Assembly: GCF_052425735.1 (NCBI RefSeq) | Contig: NC_135759.1 | Location: forward strand, 22,444,001-22,508,000 | Origin: Oculina patagonica | Lineage: Eukaryota | DNA length: 64,000 nucleotides | Direction of reading: 5' to 3' | In this document: positions 26,801-38,809 of the stretch, in pieces | How positions within the stretch are numbered: the first letter of the stretch is position 1 | How the letters are laid out: each line of letters starts with the position of its first letter | Translations under genes and position numbers: made by a program | Notes under the pieces: model-generated | Told to the model about the DNA's origin: nothing | The model's database searches: none | The model's input: only the letters and a program-made list of their open reading frames with translations

Positions 26801-29800
26801 CACATCAACGCTCAACAGTCCAGATAATTACATGAATTAAATCAAGGCTATTGTAGCTTTGTGCATCATCTGTTTGATTTATGTAAAATGGTGATCAGTA
26901 CTATCAATTCACTATCAATTTAAAATGAACTTTAAAAATTAGAAATAGATTGACACTGTTTGCATGCAGCCTGTCAAATATGAAAAACCTAACCCGAGTA
27001 AGAATTTGCTTTTCTGGTTGCAGCTAAATGATGGAGAAAAGCAAGTTCCTTCTGCCTTTCATTGCCAAACAAATCAAGACTCTAAGATGGTAGCAAAAAA
27101 AAGTTTGGCAAGACCTGAGAAATTTGACAACAATTGAAGAGCGGCGGGAATAAACGGCCCCTGGACTTTCTGACTAAATCGAACATTATCGAAACAGCTC
27201 CAAATTGCGCATGCAGGTTTGTTTACGTGTGCTTAACAATGTCCTGTCTTTCATTTCACTGGTCTTTGTTTCGTTTTTGAAAAATTACACATGCAAAAAG
27301 ACAAGGTTTTTGCTCGCGCGGCTTCTTTTGTCTTTTCTTTTACAAACGATAAACAAAGGAAACCTTTTGTTTCTCAAAACGATGAAGTCAGCTAAAGTTT
27401 TGGGATTACAGGCCTAGCCCCAACCCCTTAGCTTTACCCTAGCGAAAAAAGCTTAACCCTAAACCCCAAGGGTTAGGGTTAGGGTCTGACGCTAGGGTTT
27501 CATTTCAAATTTAGGGTTAAAAAGCTAAACCCAAGTTTAAGGGTTAGGGTTAGCGTTAGCGTTTCAAGCGGCTAGCTTTCACTGCAGTCTGCTTGCGGTT
27601 AGCTTCTTTTTGTTGTTTCGGGCAAGACTATTGTAATCTGTTACCGTTAGCTGTAATTTTGAGGTGAAAGTGAAATAAAGACTGATTGTTGATTGAATAC
27701 GTTTGCTCGTGTTGTCACATTATACTAGTTTTGCTTTCAGTTAAGTGCCGCCGGCTTGCTCTCACTTCTATCTCCACTCCTTACATCATCACACATCTAC
27801 AAAATCCCGCGAAAACAAGATAAACTAAGGCACGAATCGATTGATTGATTGATTTATTGATTGATGAATATTTAATGAGGCACAGAAAATAATTTTGCAA
27901 GGGGAGGTCCCCCCCCCAAACCTATAAAGAATTTTTTAAAGTCTAAAACCAGGTCACTTCTCGGCAACTTTGTCGCGGCAGAACCCAAGCGGACCCTGTA
28001 AAACTCGCGTTGACGAAGTTCCCGGCAAGAAACCTCTTGTTTTAGGCCTTCTATGCGGCCAGGCTCAAACTACCTTGTTTGCAACGTTTTTTCCGAAGCG
28101 CTAAACAGCGCTGTTGTACAAAACAAAGGCAGAAACATCACTCAGTTCTTCGAGCGATGCTGTAAACTTACGGGTATTCAGACTTAATGATGTCCTTCAA
28201 CCACCTGGCAGCCGCAATCGAGCTAAAACTATAAACTTTTCCGTTTTACTTTCACAGACACGCCATTTCGCTTAATTCAAACTCTTCCGCCTCTAACATG
28301 TGACCTTACGTCACAATGCAGTATCCAGTCCTACGCTACTCAAATCAACAAAAGACATGCGCAGCTAGTCGAAGAAATGCTTGTTAAATGGTTTCTCGTC
28401 TTCCGTAGACGCTTAGAAAACCCTACAGGGAAAGATGTACACGCGATGCGTTGGAAACTCAGACTGCTAGCTGACTGGGAGCACGTAAGCTTGCAAAATG
28501 CCTTTTTTTTGCATACATAATTTCTGAAAAACGAAGAAAAGACCAGCCGAATGCAACACAGGACAGTGTTTAGCACACGTAAACAAACCTGCATGCGCAA
28601 TTTGGAGCTGTTTCGATAATGTTCGATTTAGTCAGAAAGTCCAGGGGCCGTTTATTCCCGCCGCTCTTCAATTATGCATGACTTTTTAAAGGAATATTTA
28701 CCACCCCTTATTTATTAACATATTCACATTATTGGTGATGAAAGGTTCAGATTTAGTTTCTACATGTTATAATCTGTGTTCAAGTATGCAATCGACTGAG
28801 CTGAGACAAGTGCACAGCCATGTTGATGACACAAGTTGGTGGTATTTGAACCCACTACTTCCTCCTTTTTAATAAGGTGCTCTACAAACTGAACTGACCT
28901 GCCATGGTTATACATATACATATAACGGTATAAAATACTCACAGGATTGTGAAGGACAAGCTTCTTTAAGGCTGTAACATCCTACAGAAAAATATATGTT
29001 GAAAAAATCAATAGTCAACCCTTTCAATCCCAATTGCAATCTACTCCCCAATTGACTGCCACTGACAATACTTCCTTTGTTTGCTCTGGAAATTTGGTTG
29101 TAAACTAGGCAACATTGACCTGGACATTATTTTCTGCAAGCATCAGGAGAATTTTTGGTGCTTGCAAACAAGTCCATCATCGGCAACTTTGATTTTTCAC
29201 CTTCACAAAATAATGATCTACAGTTTCTCAAAAATAATGTTCAGTAATTTCTCTGCTTTTACTTAATTCTTCTAAACCAACTCTAGTGGGAAAGGAAAAC
29301 CCTGGTACCTCTGGTACCTATCAATAGCAGCTATAATCATAGAAGCACAGAAATTATTTTTCCACAATGATAATTGTATACATGTAGGTACCTTGTTTGA
29401 ATCCAAACAAAGTGACATCATTAATCAAACTGAAGAACAATTTACATGTCGTCTAACAATACACACCTCACTTAGAGTTGCAGACATCAGAAATGATTGA
29501 TAAATCTTTGGAAGATGGCTGCAATGACAACAGTAAAGGTGATGTGGTTAAAGTCTGCATTTGAGCCTAGTGGCCCATCAGGCTGGTGCAGATCCCTGTT
29601 TTCCATAGCCTGGAGCAACAAGGAGTATTTTTGCTCGCCCCTGGTTGGGATAATAGCACTGGCCCATCCCATTGTTACCCTAGAGCAGTAATAAATTTGC
29701 AGGTGCCCATATAATTATACTCCTGGGTAGGAAGAGGTACTGCACATAAAGGTTCTTGCCTAAGTAACCTTTACAATGACCCTGATTTGGATTAAAAATT

Positions 29801-32800
29801 TCAGGCTACATGTAGTTTGATTTGGTTTTTCCTTTGGCTCATGATCATACAATGTACTGGTACTTGTAAACTACTAAAAAAGGAAAATAAAAACCATCAG
29901 TTTTGAAACATTTAAAACCAAAATCAAAAAATAAGCCAAACATTCCCATGTTGATTACTAGTGGTTAGGCTTTTAGCTGCTGCCAATTATACCATGTACA
30001 TATAACTGATTGAATTGATTGAAAACAGCTTCACATGTGACATCTGAACGTGTTTGCTACTGCCACTCAACTTGTATTCAGTTGCCAACTATTTGCTGAT
30101 ATATGAAATACCCATTTCATGTAACTTTTATACTTAAAGTTTGGATGGTAGGTACCTTAGCAAAGTCTTCAGATCGTGTTCATAACCATATGAGAATACA
30201 AGGTCAGCTTCGTCAATGACCAGCATCTGAAGACTGACTTTAAGGTCAAGATTCTGAAATAACAATGTAGGTCATAATACAGGTATAGATGGAGTCTGTA
30301 AAGGTGGATTTACAGGCCAGGTATGTTCTGTTTATTTTTTTATTGGTCGCAAGGTACTTGTCATTGTTTTGCAAATACAATCAACTCTCGCCTTGCAGAC
30401 ACCCTGCTATTGTGGACACTTGCTATAACAGACAAAATCCAGATTTCCGGCAAAAGAGGTTTGACTGGAAATGACTCCCGCTAGAACAGACAGTAAATGA
30501 AGCCCCGAGCGTGTCCTCTATAACAAAAGTTGACTGTATGCAGCACAAAATTTGACAGTTCATACCAAGGTGAGTAGAGGTGAGGTGAGGTGAGGCCAGA
30601 CAAGGGGAGGAGGGAGGAGGGAGGAGAGCAGAAAGTTGAGGAGAGCAACACAAGGGAGAGGAGAGGAGAAGAGAGGAGTACTGGGAGTTACCTTGTTGAT
30701 CAGTATTACATGTACATTGTAGATAAAAATAAAACCATAAGAATATCTGAAATTGATGTCCATATCAAATTCAATGCAGTGCAGTGTAATTGTTGTTCTG
30801 AATGTATTGTACCAATGTTAAATTAACCACACACTTACTTTAGCTTGCACATGGCCTAGTAACACACTTGGTGTTCCAATCACAATATCAGGGCACTCCA
30901 TTAACAGTGACCTAAAAATGAGCAATGTATGCAATATCAGTCAGACTGCACACTTTGCTAAATGTACCAAGGCTGCTGCCTAAGGAAATTTTTAAGGAGC
31001 CCTTTGGGCTCCTAACATCAAAATTTAGGAGCCCAAGCCATTATGTTAGGAGCCCGGCTTAAGTTGCCGAAGACAAATCTGGGGTGGGGTGGGGTTACTT
31101 AAGCAAGTATGTGGTCAACTATCTGGCCTAGGAGAGGGGCCCAGGGATTGAACCTTCCCCCAACATTATCCTGCTATAATATACCCGAATGTCCCCTAGA
31201 GGGTACTCCCTATAGTGGACTATACGAGGAGGCTCCGCCCAACAGGGATACCTTTTTTCAGGCTCCAGGTATATAAAAGGGTGAAGATTTCACGAGTTGA
31301 AGTATACAAAAGGGGAGGGAAAACTGTTTTTTAGGTATTAAAAGAACCCTTCATAATGCTTGAACAGACCCACCAAATGATCAAGTCATTTAAGTATTTT
31401 AAAGGTGTTATTATTCAAGTGGTTTCTAAAAGGGTGAGGGTCGCTTTCACATACCAAAAATGGCAACCTCGTTCATGAGATCCTGGGGATGAAATTGCAG
31501 AAAGGGTATATGAAAGGGTAAGGGTACCCTGGGCAGAGCCCCAGCCCCCCCCCCCCCCCATAAAACTGTTTTTTACTCTGCAGCAACCTCAGAGACCCAG
31601 AGGAAAGAAGTTGGATAAGTCATCAATATCAGCAATATATATATATCTCCCCTCTGTGGGTTAAATCACTAGCTGGGCTGGGAGAAATAAACCAACAATG
31701 AAAACTGACATGCATTTCGTTGAGAGCATGAAGGGTTAATTCATTTGTAAAGCCAGTGCCAGTCTGAGTGCATTTCATGTACTTTCATTAGTTTTCACAT
31801 AGAAAATCAATGAACATGAAGCAGGAAAATCATTTTAGTAATCAAGGTTAAAAAAGAAGCAATAATTAAGCAGGTCAATTTTTCCTAGGTTTAGAAAAAG
31901 GTAATAAAAAGTCAAAAACACGTACAGGTGTAAACACTTAGGCACTGTTTACACGGACACGGTTTCATTTGTAACCGCATTGCTTTCGATGCGGTTACGC
32001 CTTTCGTTTACACGGCGCCGATCGAGACCACTACTGAAACCGGGTCGTTTTGAAAACGCTGTCAAAAGTGGAGCGTTTTCAAAACGATACGGTTTCGTTG
32101 GACGTGTAAACGGTCAAAAACGACGAAACCGGATCGATTTGAAAACGGCAACGTATTTTGGCACGAATTGGCTGGCTAACGAAGGGTAAACAAGGTGAAA
32201 CACGCATAGAGAGCAGCGCTTGCTTATACAATCACATTCGAAAACAGTCGGAAAATGGTTAAATAGGTTCCGTGTAAACACTTCGAAACCGTGTCGTTTT
32301 CGATGCGGTTTCGAGGTCATGAAACCGTGTTGATTCTGTGTCCCTGTAAACGTAGCCTTAAATTAAGTTATGATCTTATCTTTGTTACATGATAACCAGT
32401 TGACAAAAATAGAACAGAAAAATTAAGTTGTGAAAACACTTCAAATTACTTAACTCATCAAATAAGTTGTTTATAAAATTAATGTAGTAACAAAAGCAAT
32501 TCATTTTATTCAAACTGAACATCTGAGCAAGGAAAAGCACTGAGGTTTCCAGCACAAAAAATTGCTAGTTACAGTTCAATGCCCGAGAATGCTCCTCATT
32601 TTAAACGCGAAAACATGAAACAGTTTGTTGAAAATAACAACCTTAGTCCACAAAAAAGCGGCAGCAGATATAAAATTTCCCATGAAAAGAAAGAGGCATA
32701 CATTTTATGTTCCTACTAAAGTTAACCGTTCAATGCTTTATAGATTAAGCTGAATTATATGTAAAACACGCCACGTAAGTTCGTGTACACATTACGATAT

Positions 32801-35800
32801 TTGGCGTGTTGTTTAAGCCTGTCGGAAAGGTTTTTGTATCAAGCTTTTGCAGATTAAAATCATTTCAGACCTGATTCATGACTGCAGTAGCAAACAGATT
32901 GATTTCACTTTTGTATCCGTAAATATTTCTTCACATTCACTTGGATTTACTTCGAAACTTATCCGAAACGTCAACGAAGCAAACGAAACGTAAACCATTA
33001 TTCCATATTTGGAAGTTAGGCCCAGTCCTAAACACTTGAAAACGAATGGTTTTCGAAGTTGCTGAATTTTGCGAACAATTGTAGCGTTTTCGTTTTATTA
33101 AAATGAAGCAGTTTTTGTTTTAAATGGGATTTTTTATGCCAATGAAACAAGGTTACAAGAAAATTGAAGTCAAAGGATGGGACTGGAAGATCAATGTTTA
33201 GGCGCCCATGCGGGCTCCTTGAACAAAAATTTAGTCGCCTGCACTTGTAACTTAGGCGCCTCTGGCGACCGGGCGCCCGTTAGGCAGCAGCCTTGTGTAC
33301 ACACTAAAAGTACTTCCAAAAACCTGGTTATCCTTTGCAATAATTACAGGAAATAAACAACAACTTATTTTTTTAACCCTCATAAGGTTAATACCTTTCA
33401 AGGCAGGTTTCAAGTCAGAATAGAGAAACACATTGTATTGGTATTGATTGATACACACAGTTTAATGCATACAGTTAAATTAAAAATAAATTTACCGTAA
33501 AAACCCGCAGATAAGCCGCACCTTTTTTCCAAAAATTTTCGCTCGAAAGCGGGGGTGCGGCTTATCTGCGGGAACATTCGGAAAAGGTGCCGTAAATTTT
33601 CGTTAACTGATGCTAATTTATGGAAAATTATGTAAATAAATATAACATAAAACTACAAGAGAGTACCGGTCATTGCTTTTGCAAGTTTGACAGCTCCTAT
33701 ACTGTTTGCAGTGTCGACAATGGCCTATAACTTTAACAGTAATATTGATACTTTTACGAGCGAGAAAATACCACGAGTATTCACGAGTAAGATGGCCAAT
33801 TGTTTCTTTCTCATTTTGCATTTTGATGGAAAATTTGTCGAACTGATTACGAAACTCTCTTTATGCAACAAGTTTATCTCCAATAGATGGCTCCCAAATC
33901 TCTTTAATTTGTCGATATGATAGCCACGAAACCCGAACGCCTCCATCGCCATCTTGTTTTGCTTTACGTTCTCGCCCTAGTCCCATATTTCGCGTCCGAT
34001 CAAATGCCTGGTTACTAAGCTACGAACGTTCTGCAAACGCGTGTTCTTGTTGTTGTGACACAAAAATCTATGGAAAAACTGCGTTGAATGAAGAAATACC
34101 TGTCAACAAATGCCAGAAAAAGATCACCCATAATATGTCAAAGTTGGTTTTCATTATTGCCAACGAGACAGCCGAGCCAAGAGGCGAGGCTGTCGAGGCG
34201 GCAGAATCATAGAGCCGTGTGCGTGTGAGTGTATAGGCAGAGAAAATCTTAAGTTCTGCGTAAGGGACTTTTTTTTTGACCATATTTGGGTGTAAGTAAA
34301 CCCCATATTTGGGTTGTATTGTTCTTCTCAACTGGTTCCCAGTCTCTCACTCCTTGCTAGAGAGCAAATGACCAAAATGGCGTCCACGCGGCTCGCTGTT
34401 AAAATGTTCAATGTGGTCATTCATCCCTTTACCGATAAATACACCTTTAGGGAATTATAAATCGAAAGAGAATACCCTACAGAATATTCGACCGCCGAAA
34501 AAATGAACATCAAGGTCTTCAAAGCGATGAAATAATCTTTCGACTTTGGAGTCCTTTGATTTACGATCGAAGAGAGACATGAAAATCAAAAGCGGACTGT
34601 TGACTTCAAATAGAGTTTTCTTGACTTATTAAAATGCTGAAGTCGGGTAAATGCTTCCTTTTAGTGTTGATTGTGTTTATAGTAATTGTTTGACCGATGA
34701 TTTATTCCAAATCAAATACCGTTTATATTTTATTTGGCACGCATTTTCGCTCCGGGTAGGAATAACATGAATACAAAGCGACGCTCACTTAAATTACTGC
34801 ATGTCATACACACAAGAAAGTCAAAAGTTTTTTGCTTCTAACGGCAAATGTAATGTTAACTTGAATTAAAATTTTGTCTCCAAATAATCCTTTACCGTTC
34901 AAGTTTTGTTTCTGTTCAAATGTTTCAAGTTTTGCGTAACTGAACATGACACTTCGCATGCGAGACTGAAATCTGACCCGTGCATTACTGTCTCTGATTA
35001 CTGAAAATTATTTTTAAAAAAGCATCTTAGCAGTTTTGATTTTGGGATTTGATTTATAAGAAGTTCTTGAAATGCAACTATCCCTTTTGTGGACGGAAAC
35101 ATTTTAACCATCGCGTGTTGTATTTAAAAAACAGTGATTAAACCTCATTTATTAATTAATTATTGCCTACATTTTGTGACATTTTAACGTTGAAAAAAAT
35201 TTAAAGATTTGTCAAGAGTTATCAATCTGTTGTCAAACCCGTAGCCTGCGTAGCAGACATCTGTGTACGTTTTTTAGTGTGTTTAAAAGAGTGCGCGATC
35301 GCGAGAATACGCACGCTGGAAACTACGGCGTCTGCTACGCAGGCTATCAAGCCTGTGTCATTTATGAACACCAGAGAAATAGCACTTTTTTCGCATATTA
35401 CCTAAAATACAATTTACCATATTTTGGTCATTTCAAATATAGTTCTATCAAAAACCATTCAATATCTGTTCCTATGAACAAACATGAGTATTTCGCTCGT
35501 TGGCACTTACCGATAGGTACAACTAGTATTAGAGCTCAAATTGTGGGTAAGACTGAAGTATTTTCTGTTTCAATGTTCATTGTGTTTACGTTCGATGAAG
35601 AAGACTTCCTAAAGACTCAACTTTGGATTTTTGACTCGACTTTGGATTTTCTTTGATTTACTTTCAAAAAACTTTTTTCCAACATTTGAGTTGTTAAACT
35701 CGGGGTGCGGCTTATCTGCGGGTGCGGCTTATACGCGGGTGTTTACGGTATCTTTAATTTACATTTTCACAATATATGTACATGTATGCCAGCCGAAAAA

Positions 35801-37811
35801 AAATATATTTGATATTTCTAGCCTTCGACTGAAAAGATTGAATCGAAACCCCTATTTACACTATGTGATAATTGCAATGCTTACTTTGTACTAGCAAGGT
35901 TTCCCTGTGCAACATCAGCAACTCTGACTTCCCGGGAGCAGTAAGAGGATAATTCCTACGATAAAGAAACATAAACTAGCTTACAAACTATAATATCGTA
36001 ATGACCTGAGGCTTTTCTGCCATGACTAAATCTTTATATGATTGACTGGTACATGTAGGTTAAAAATTACTAAACTACTTTGGTTAATTTGTAGAGACCA
36101 TATCACTGTGTGAGTGTATCATTGTTGTGGAGAGGAGGGGGTGGTTTTCAATGATTATGTATACACCTAATTGAAAAAGCGTTGAACATGTGAAAAGCAT
36201 AAACCATCAAATTATGATATGACCCAATGGTATTCTGGGTAGACACCATTGGTTAGCTTAGTTATATTTCTTTTATTGATATCAAGATATTTTCTTTCTT
36301 CGAGAGCCTTAAGAGCATAAATTATGCAACCTGACATATTATTATGTTTATTTTGTCACAGACGATGATAATTTTTCCTATTTCCCAGTAAACATTTGGG
36401 TCGCATCGTTCCTAGTCTATGCTTTTAATGGTTCAACGGATTTTCAATCAGGTGTAATGTATATAGCTATGTGACCACATCCTGCAAATGACTGGCAGTC
36501 AAAGGCTTACCTTGACGTTTCTGTGAGCTTGCTTTGCAAGTTCTTTGGTGGGAACTAGCACAAGAGCTCTAACACCACTGCTGGTGGAACTTGCCTAAAA
36601 AGTGAAATTTTATAATGTCATGACAAGACAACAACAAGACAATACAGATCCTATATGTTACAGTTTTATTAACAAATGAACATATCGTACCTGTTTATCT
36701 TGTAAGATTCTCTGTATCATTGGTATTGCATACCTACATGGCAAAATAATTTAAATTAATAATGACGTGGACCAGTATATGGTGTGTAAGTCAGTCTGTG
36801 CAGTCTCACTACTACTAGGTGCATAATGGTTGTGAATGACTTAACATGCTCTAACACTTTTTGCTGCATTAGCTATTCCAGCCTCTAGCCTTAAGCCTTT
36901 TTGGATAATGCATTAAACGCACAACAAAAAAGGAGTAGGGCAAGGGACAACCCCCCCCCCCCCAATTCTTTCCCCCTGCACAGACCCGATAACGCCATTA
37001 AAATAAGTATTAATGAGTAAGAACAGACCCACAGCAAAATTGAATCTATTTGTTTTATATAATAAAACTCTGATTTGTACTATGAACTCTCATCACGCGC
37101 GCGAGTCACACCATCGTGTGACATCATCTATGCGTCTGCACTCTGATAGATCATAAGTAAGAACCAATCAAAATGCATGAAGAATTCAGGTTATTATATA
37201 ATTTTCTATAGCAGTATAAGGCAGTTATTTTGACTGTCCACACAGACAGCCTGAGCCTGAGGATGTCTGTACATCTTTTTAATGATTTTAAACTGCAGTT
37301 GACTCAATTGCCAAACCAGCTTGGAAGTATTAACCCGCAAAAGAGGTACCGTATGACTTTTGCGTTAACGCCGAAAATCTCATCTGATTATTGTCTGCTT
37401 AAAACACACTCTACAAAAAATATTCAGTCAACTTACGCCGCTGTTTTGCCCGATCCAGTCTTGGCTCTTGCCAAAATATCCTTCCCTTCAAGAGCTAAAG
37501 GAATGGCTTTTTCCTGTCAAACGATGGGTCCAAACAAAGTCAAATATTTGTGTGTAACACAATGGATAGGTCCACAAAAGAAATAATGTAGCAGAATAAA
37601 AAAACATAAATCATCGATCTAACCTGGATGGGGGAAGGTTGTGACCAATTTAACTTGGCAATGGCCTAATAAAATGAAACAAAAGCACTCATGAAGATTA
37701 AACTGAACAATTATACTGTACTTCGACCTTTAAAATAATATTTACCTTAACCAATCGATCGTCTAAACCCATTTCATGAAAAGAGCAACTTTCTTGAGTT
37801 TCGTCCGCCAT
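17808..37811 (-). CDS. DDX56: ATP-dependent DEAD-box RNA helicase DDX56 (DBP9), 26 coding exons, about 560 aa
   Basis: Exons (-): 37811-37746, 37665-37624, 37513-37437 ([10 protein letters not shown]), 36733-36691, 36594-36511 (VLVPTKEL), 35955-35885, 30911-30839 (IGTP), 30253-30156 (IDEAD), 29518-29467 (MSAT), 28981-28943, 26722-26658, 26103-26053, 25951-25898, 25088-25017 ([15 protein letters not shown]), 24731-24640, 24321-24300, 24104-24055 ([13 protein letters not shown]), 23579-23513 (YIHRVGR), 22643-22540, 22346-22273, 21919-21889, 20272-20214, 19678-19573 ([19 protein letters not shown]), 19434-19334, 18851-18789 (DPLKSF), 17834-17808. Phases all agree; total 1683 nt. The last 27-nt exon is the least certain. 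Confidence 0.93.
18068..18258 (-). mobile_element. tRNA-derived SINE, family 2
   Basis: Minus strand has A box tggcgcagtgg and B-box-like gtccgattccc followed by a non-tRNA body. Confidence 0.7.
18494..18648. mobile_element. Palindromic MITE
   Basis: gtggataacgctatcca mirrored by tggatagcgttatccac; ends cag..cccag / ctggggcctg. Confidence 0.65.
21014..21881 (-). mobile_element. Tc2/pogo-like non-autonomous TIR element, empty form
   Basis: TA|CCGTAAA...TTTACGG|TA with subterminal ATAAGCCGCACCC repeats; same element as 33495-35748 but without the 1.37 kb insert. Confidence 0.85.
24322..24639 (-). other. U12-type (minor spliceosome) GT-AG intron in DDX56
   Basis: 5' splice site GTATCCTTT; branch site TTTTTCTTAAC about 17 nt before the AG; no polypyrimidine tract. 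Confidence 0.8.
25375..25680 (+). mobile_element. tRNA-derived SINE, family 3
   Basis: ttgctcagttggtagagc (A box) and gttcaactccc (B box) followed by about 230 bp of body. Confidence 0.65.
27136..28669. mobile_element. Non-autonomous TIR transposon with internal telomere-like repeats
   Basis: AATT|GAAGAGCGGCGGG...CCCGCCGCTCTTC|AATT; about 100 bp near-perfect TIR, extending degenerately to about 180 bp; TAACCC/GGGTTA cluster at 27414-27561. Confidence 0.85.
30376..30538. mobile_element. pogo/Tigger-like MITE, degenerate
   Basis: tacaatcaact...agttgactgta; ends resemble 63121-63687. Confidence 0.55.
30570..30678. repeat. Purine-rich simple repeat (GAGGT/GAGAG)
   Basis: gaggtgaggtgaggtgagg...gagaggagaggagaagagagg. 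Confidence 0.8.
30968..33295. mobile_element. Non-autonomous TIR element with 5-bp TSD (hAT5-like)
   Basis: TGTAC|CAAGGCTGCTGCCTAA...TTAGGCAGCAGCCTTG|TGTAC; perfect 16-bp TIR; subterminal ggagccc/ggcgccc motifs; hosts nested MITEs. Confidence 0.75.
31941..32357 (-). mobile_element. PIF/Harbinger-like MITE, nested
   Basis: TTA TSD; reverse complement of 15167-15587. Confidence 0.8.
33495..35748 (+). mobile_element. Tc2/pogo-like TIR element carrying a nested Helitron-like insert
   Basis: TA|CCGTAAAAACCCGC...GTGTTTACGG|TA; flanks match 21014-21881. Confidence 0.85.
34157..35526 (+). mobile_element. Non-autonomous Helitron/Helentron-like element, copy 2
   Basis: Same ends as 1391-2750; the empty site at about 21230-21245 shows insertion at an A|T step without duplication. 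Confidence 0.8.
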
Positions 37812-38460
37812 GTTGATATTTTTGCACGTGAAGAGAAATGCGCGCGCATGTAAGCGCGCATGGAACCTCCCGACAACGATCTCAGGCCTTTGCGGGCTCA
37901 ACCGTCTAATTTTCACCTGTCGCGCTAAAAGGGGGTCTTTTCAATTAGTTTTACAAAACCGCATCGAAATTTTTAAGTCATACTTATAATAACAAATGAC
38001 CTACACGCTTAAAAATCTAATACCGAAAAAAAATAATGGTTAATCAAGCATGAGAAAACTCATTTTCCCGATGCATTTATTTTTTCAAAAATTCAACACT
38101 ATATATATGATGTGCGGTTCTTATACATCGTTAGGTGTTAGCTGTCTCCGAGACGAAAGCGCGAATTTCTTTTTACAAGATCTTTTTAATATTAGTGTTT
38201 GCGAACAGTAGGTGGCACTTATTAAACCAATCGATTGGAAGAGTTCATTTCGGTGAGATAAACAAACACCGGCTTGTATGCGCATGGTTGAATTATCGCC
38301 CAAAAGATTACAGTTCATTTAAAATTATCTCCCCAACGAGGAATTTCCATTCCGCGATCGAAGTCGCAGACAACGAGACACAAAGCGGCGGGCATTTGTT
38401 TTAGGTGTGTGTAGCCAGAGCATGGAAACACATCGAATATAAATGTGTTGTCATAACATA
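37812..38460. promoter_or_regulatory. Putative bidirectional promoter region, DDX56 / TRP gene A
   Basis: Divergent start codons about 1 kb apart; NRF1-like GCGCATG motifs at 37840-37862; possible 5'UTR intron (gtaagt at 38464, ttttcaag ending 38622). Confidence 0.4.
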
Positions 38461-38809
38461 GAAGTAAGTCAAACTGAGTTGTATTAACTACTGTACTGTG
38501 ATCATACAGCGCTGTTTTTTTTTCTGTGTTTTTGTATCGTTATAACCTCGGTGATATCTTTATACAAGCTAGCATCTGGCGTGTTAGTATTAATTTCTAT
38601 TTGTATTTTTTGGTTTTTCAAGATGAGAGCATAAACAGTGGTTGTGTCAATTGACATAGCTCTGCGCTGGTGGCAGCTTTACCCAGCAACCGTGAAGTAG
38701 AGTCATGTTTGAAAAAATATTGAAACAGCAACATGAACTGAAAGCCAAGAACGAGAATTGACCAAGTTCATTAGCATAGACGCTGTTCAAATTGGCTTCA
38801 AGCGATAAA

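Noticed and set aside
27414-27561. Telomerase RNA template or chromosome-fusion scar
   Set aside because: Short, degenerate and enclosed in a TIR element within an intron; no pseudoknot or H/ACA domain evident
27205-28600. Two similar ORFs [11 protein letters not shown] on opposite strands
   Set aside because: They are translations of the two terminal inverted repeats
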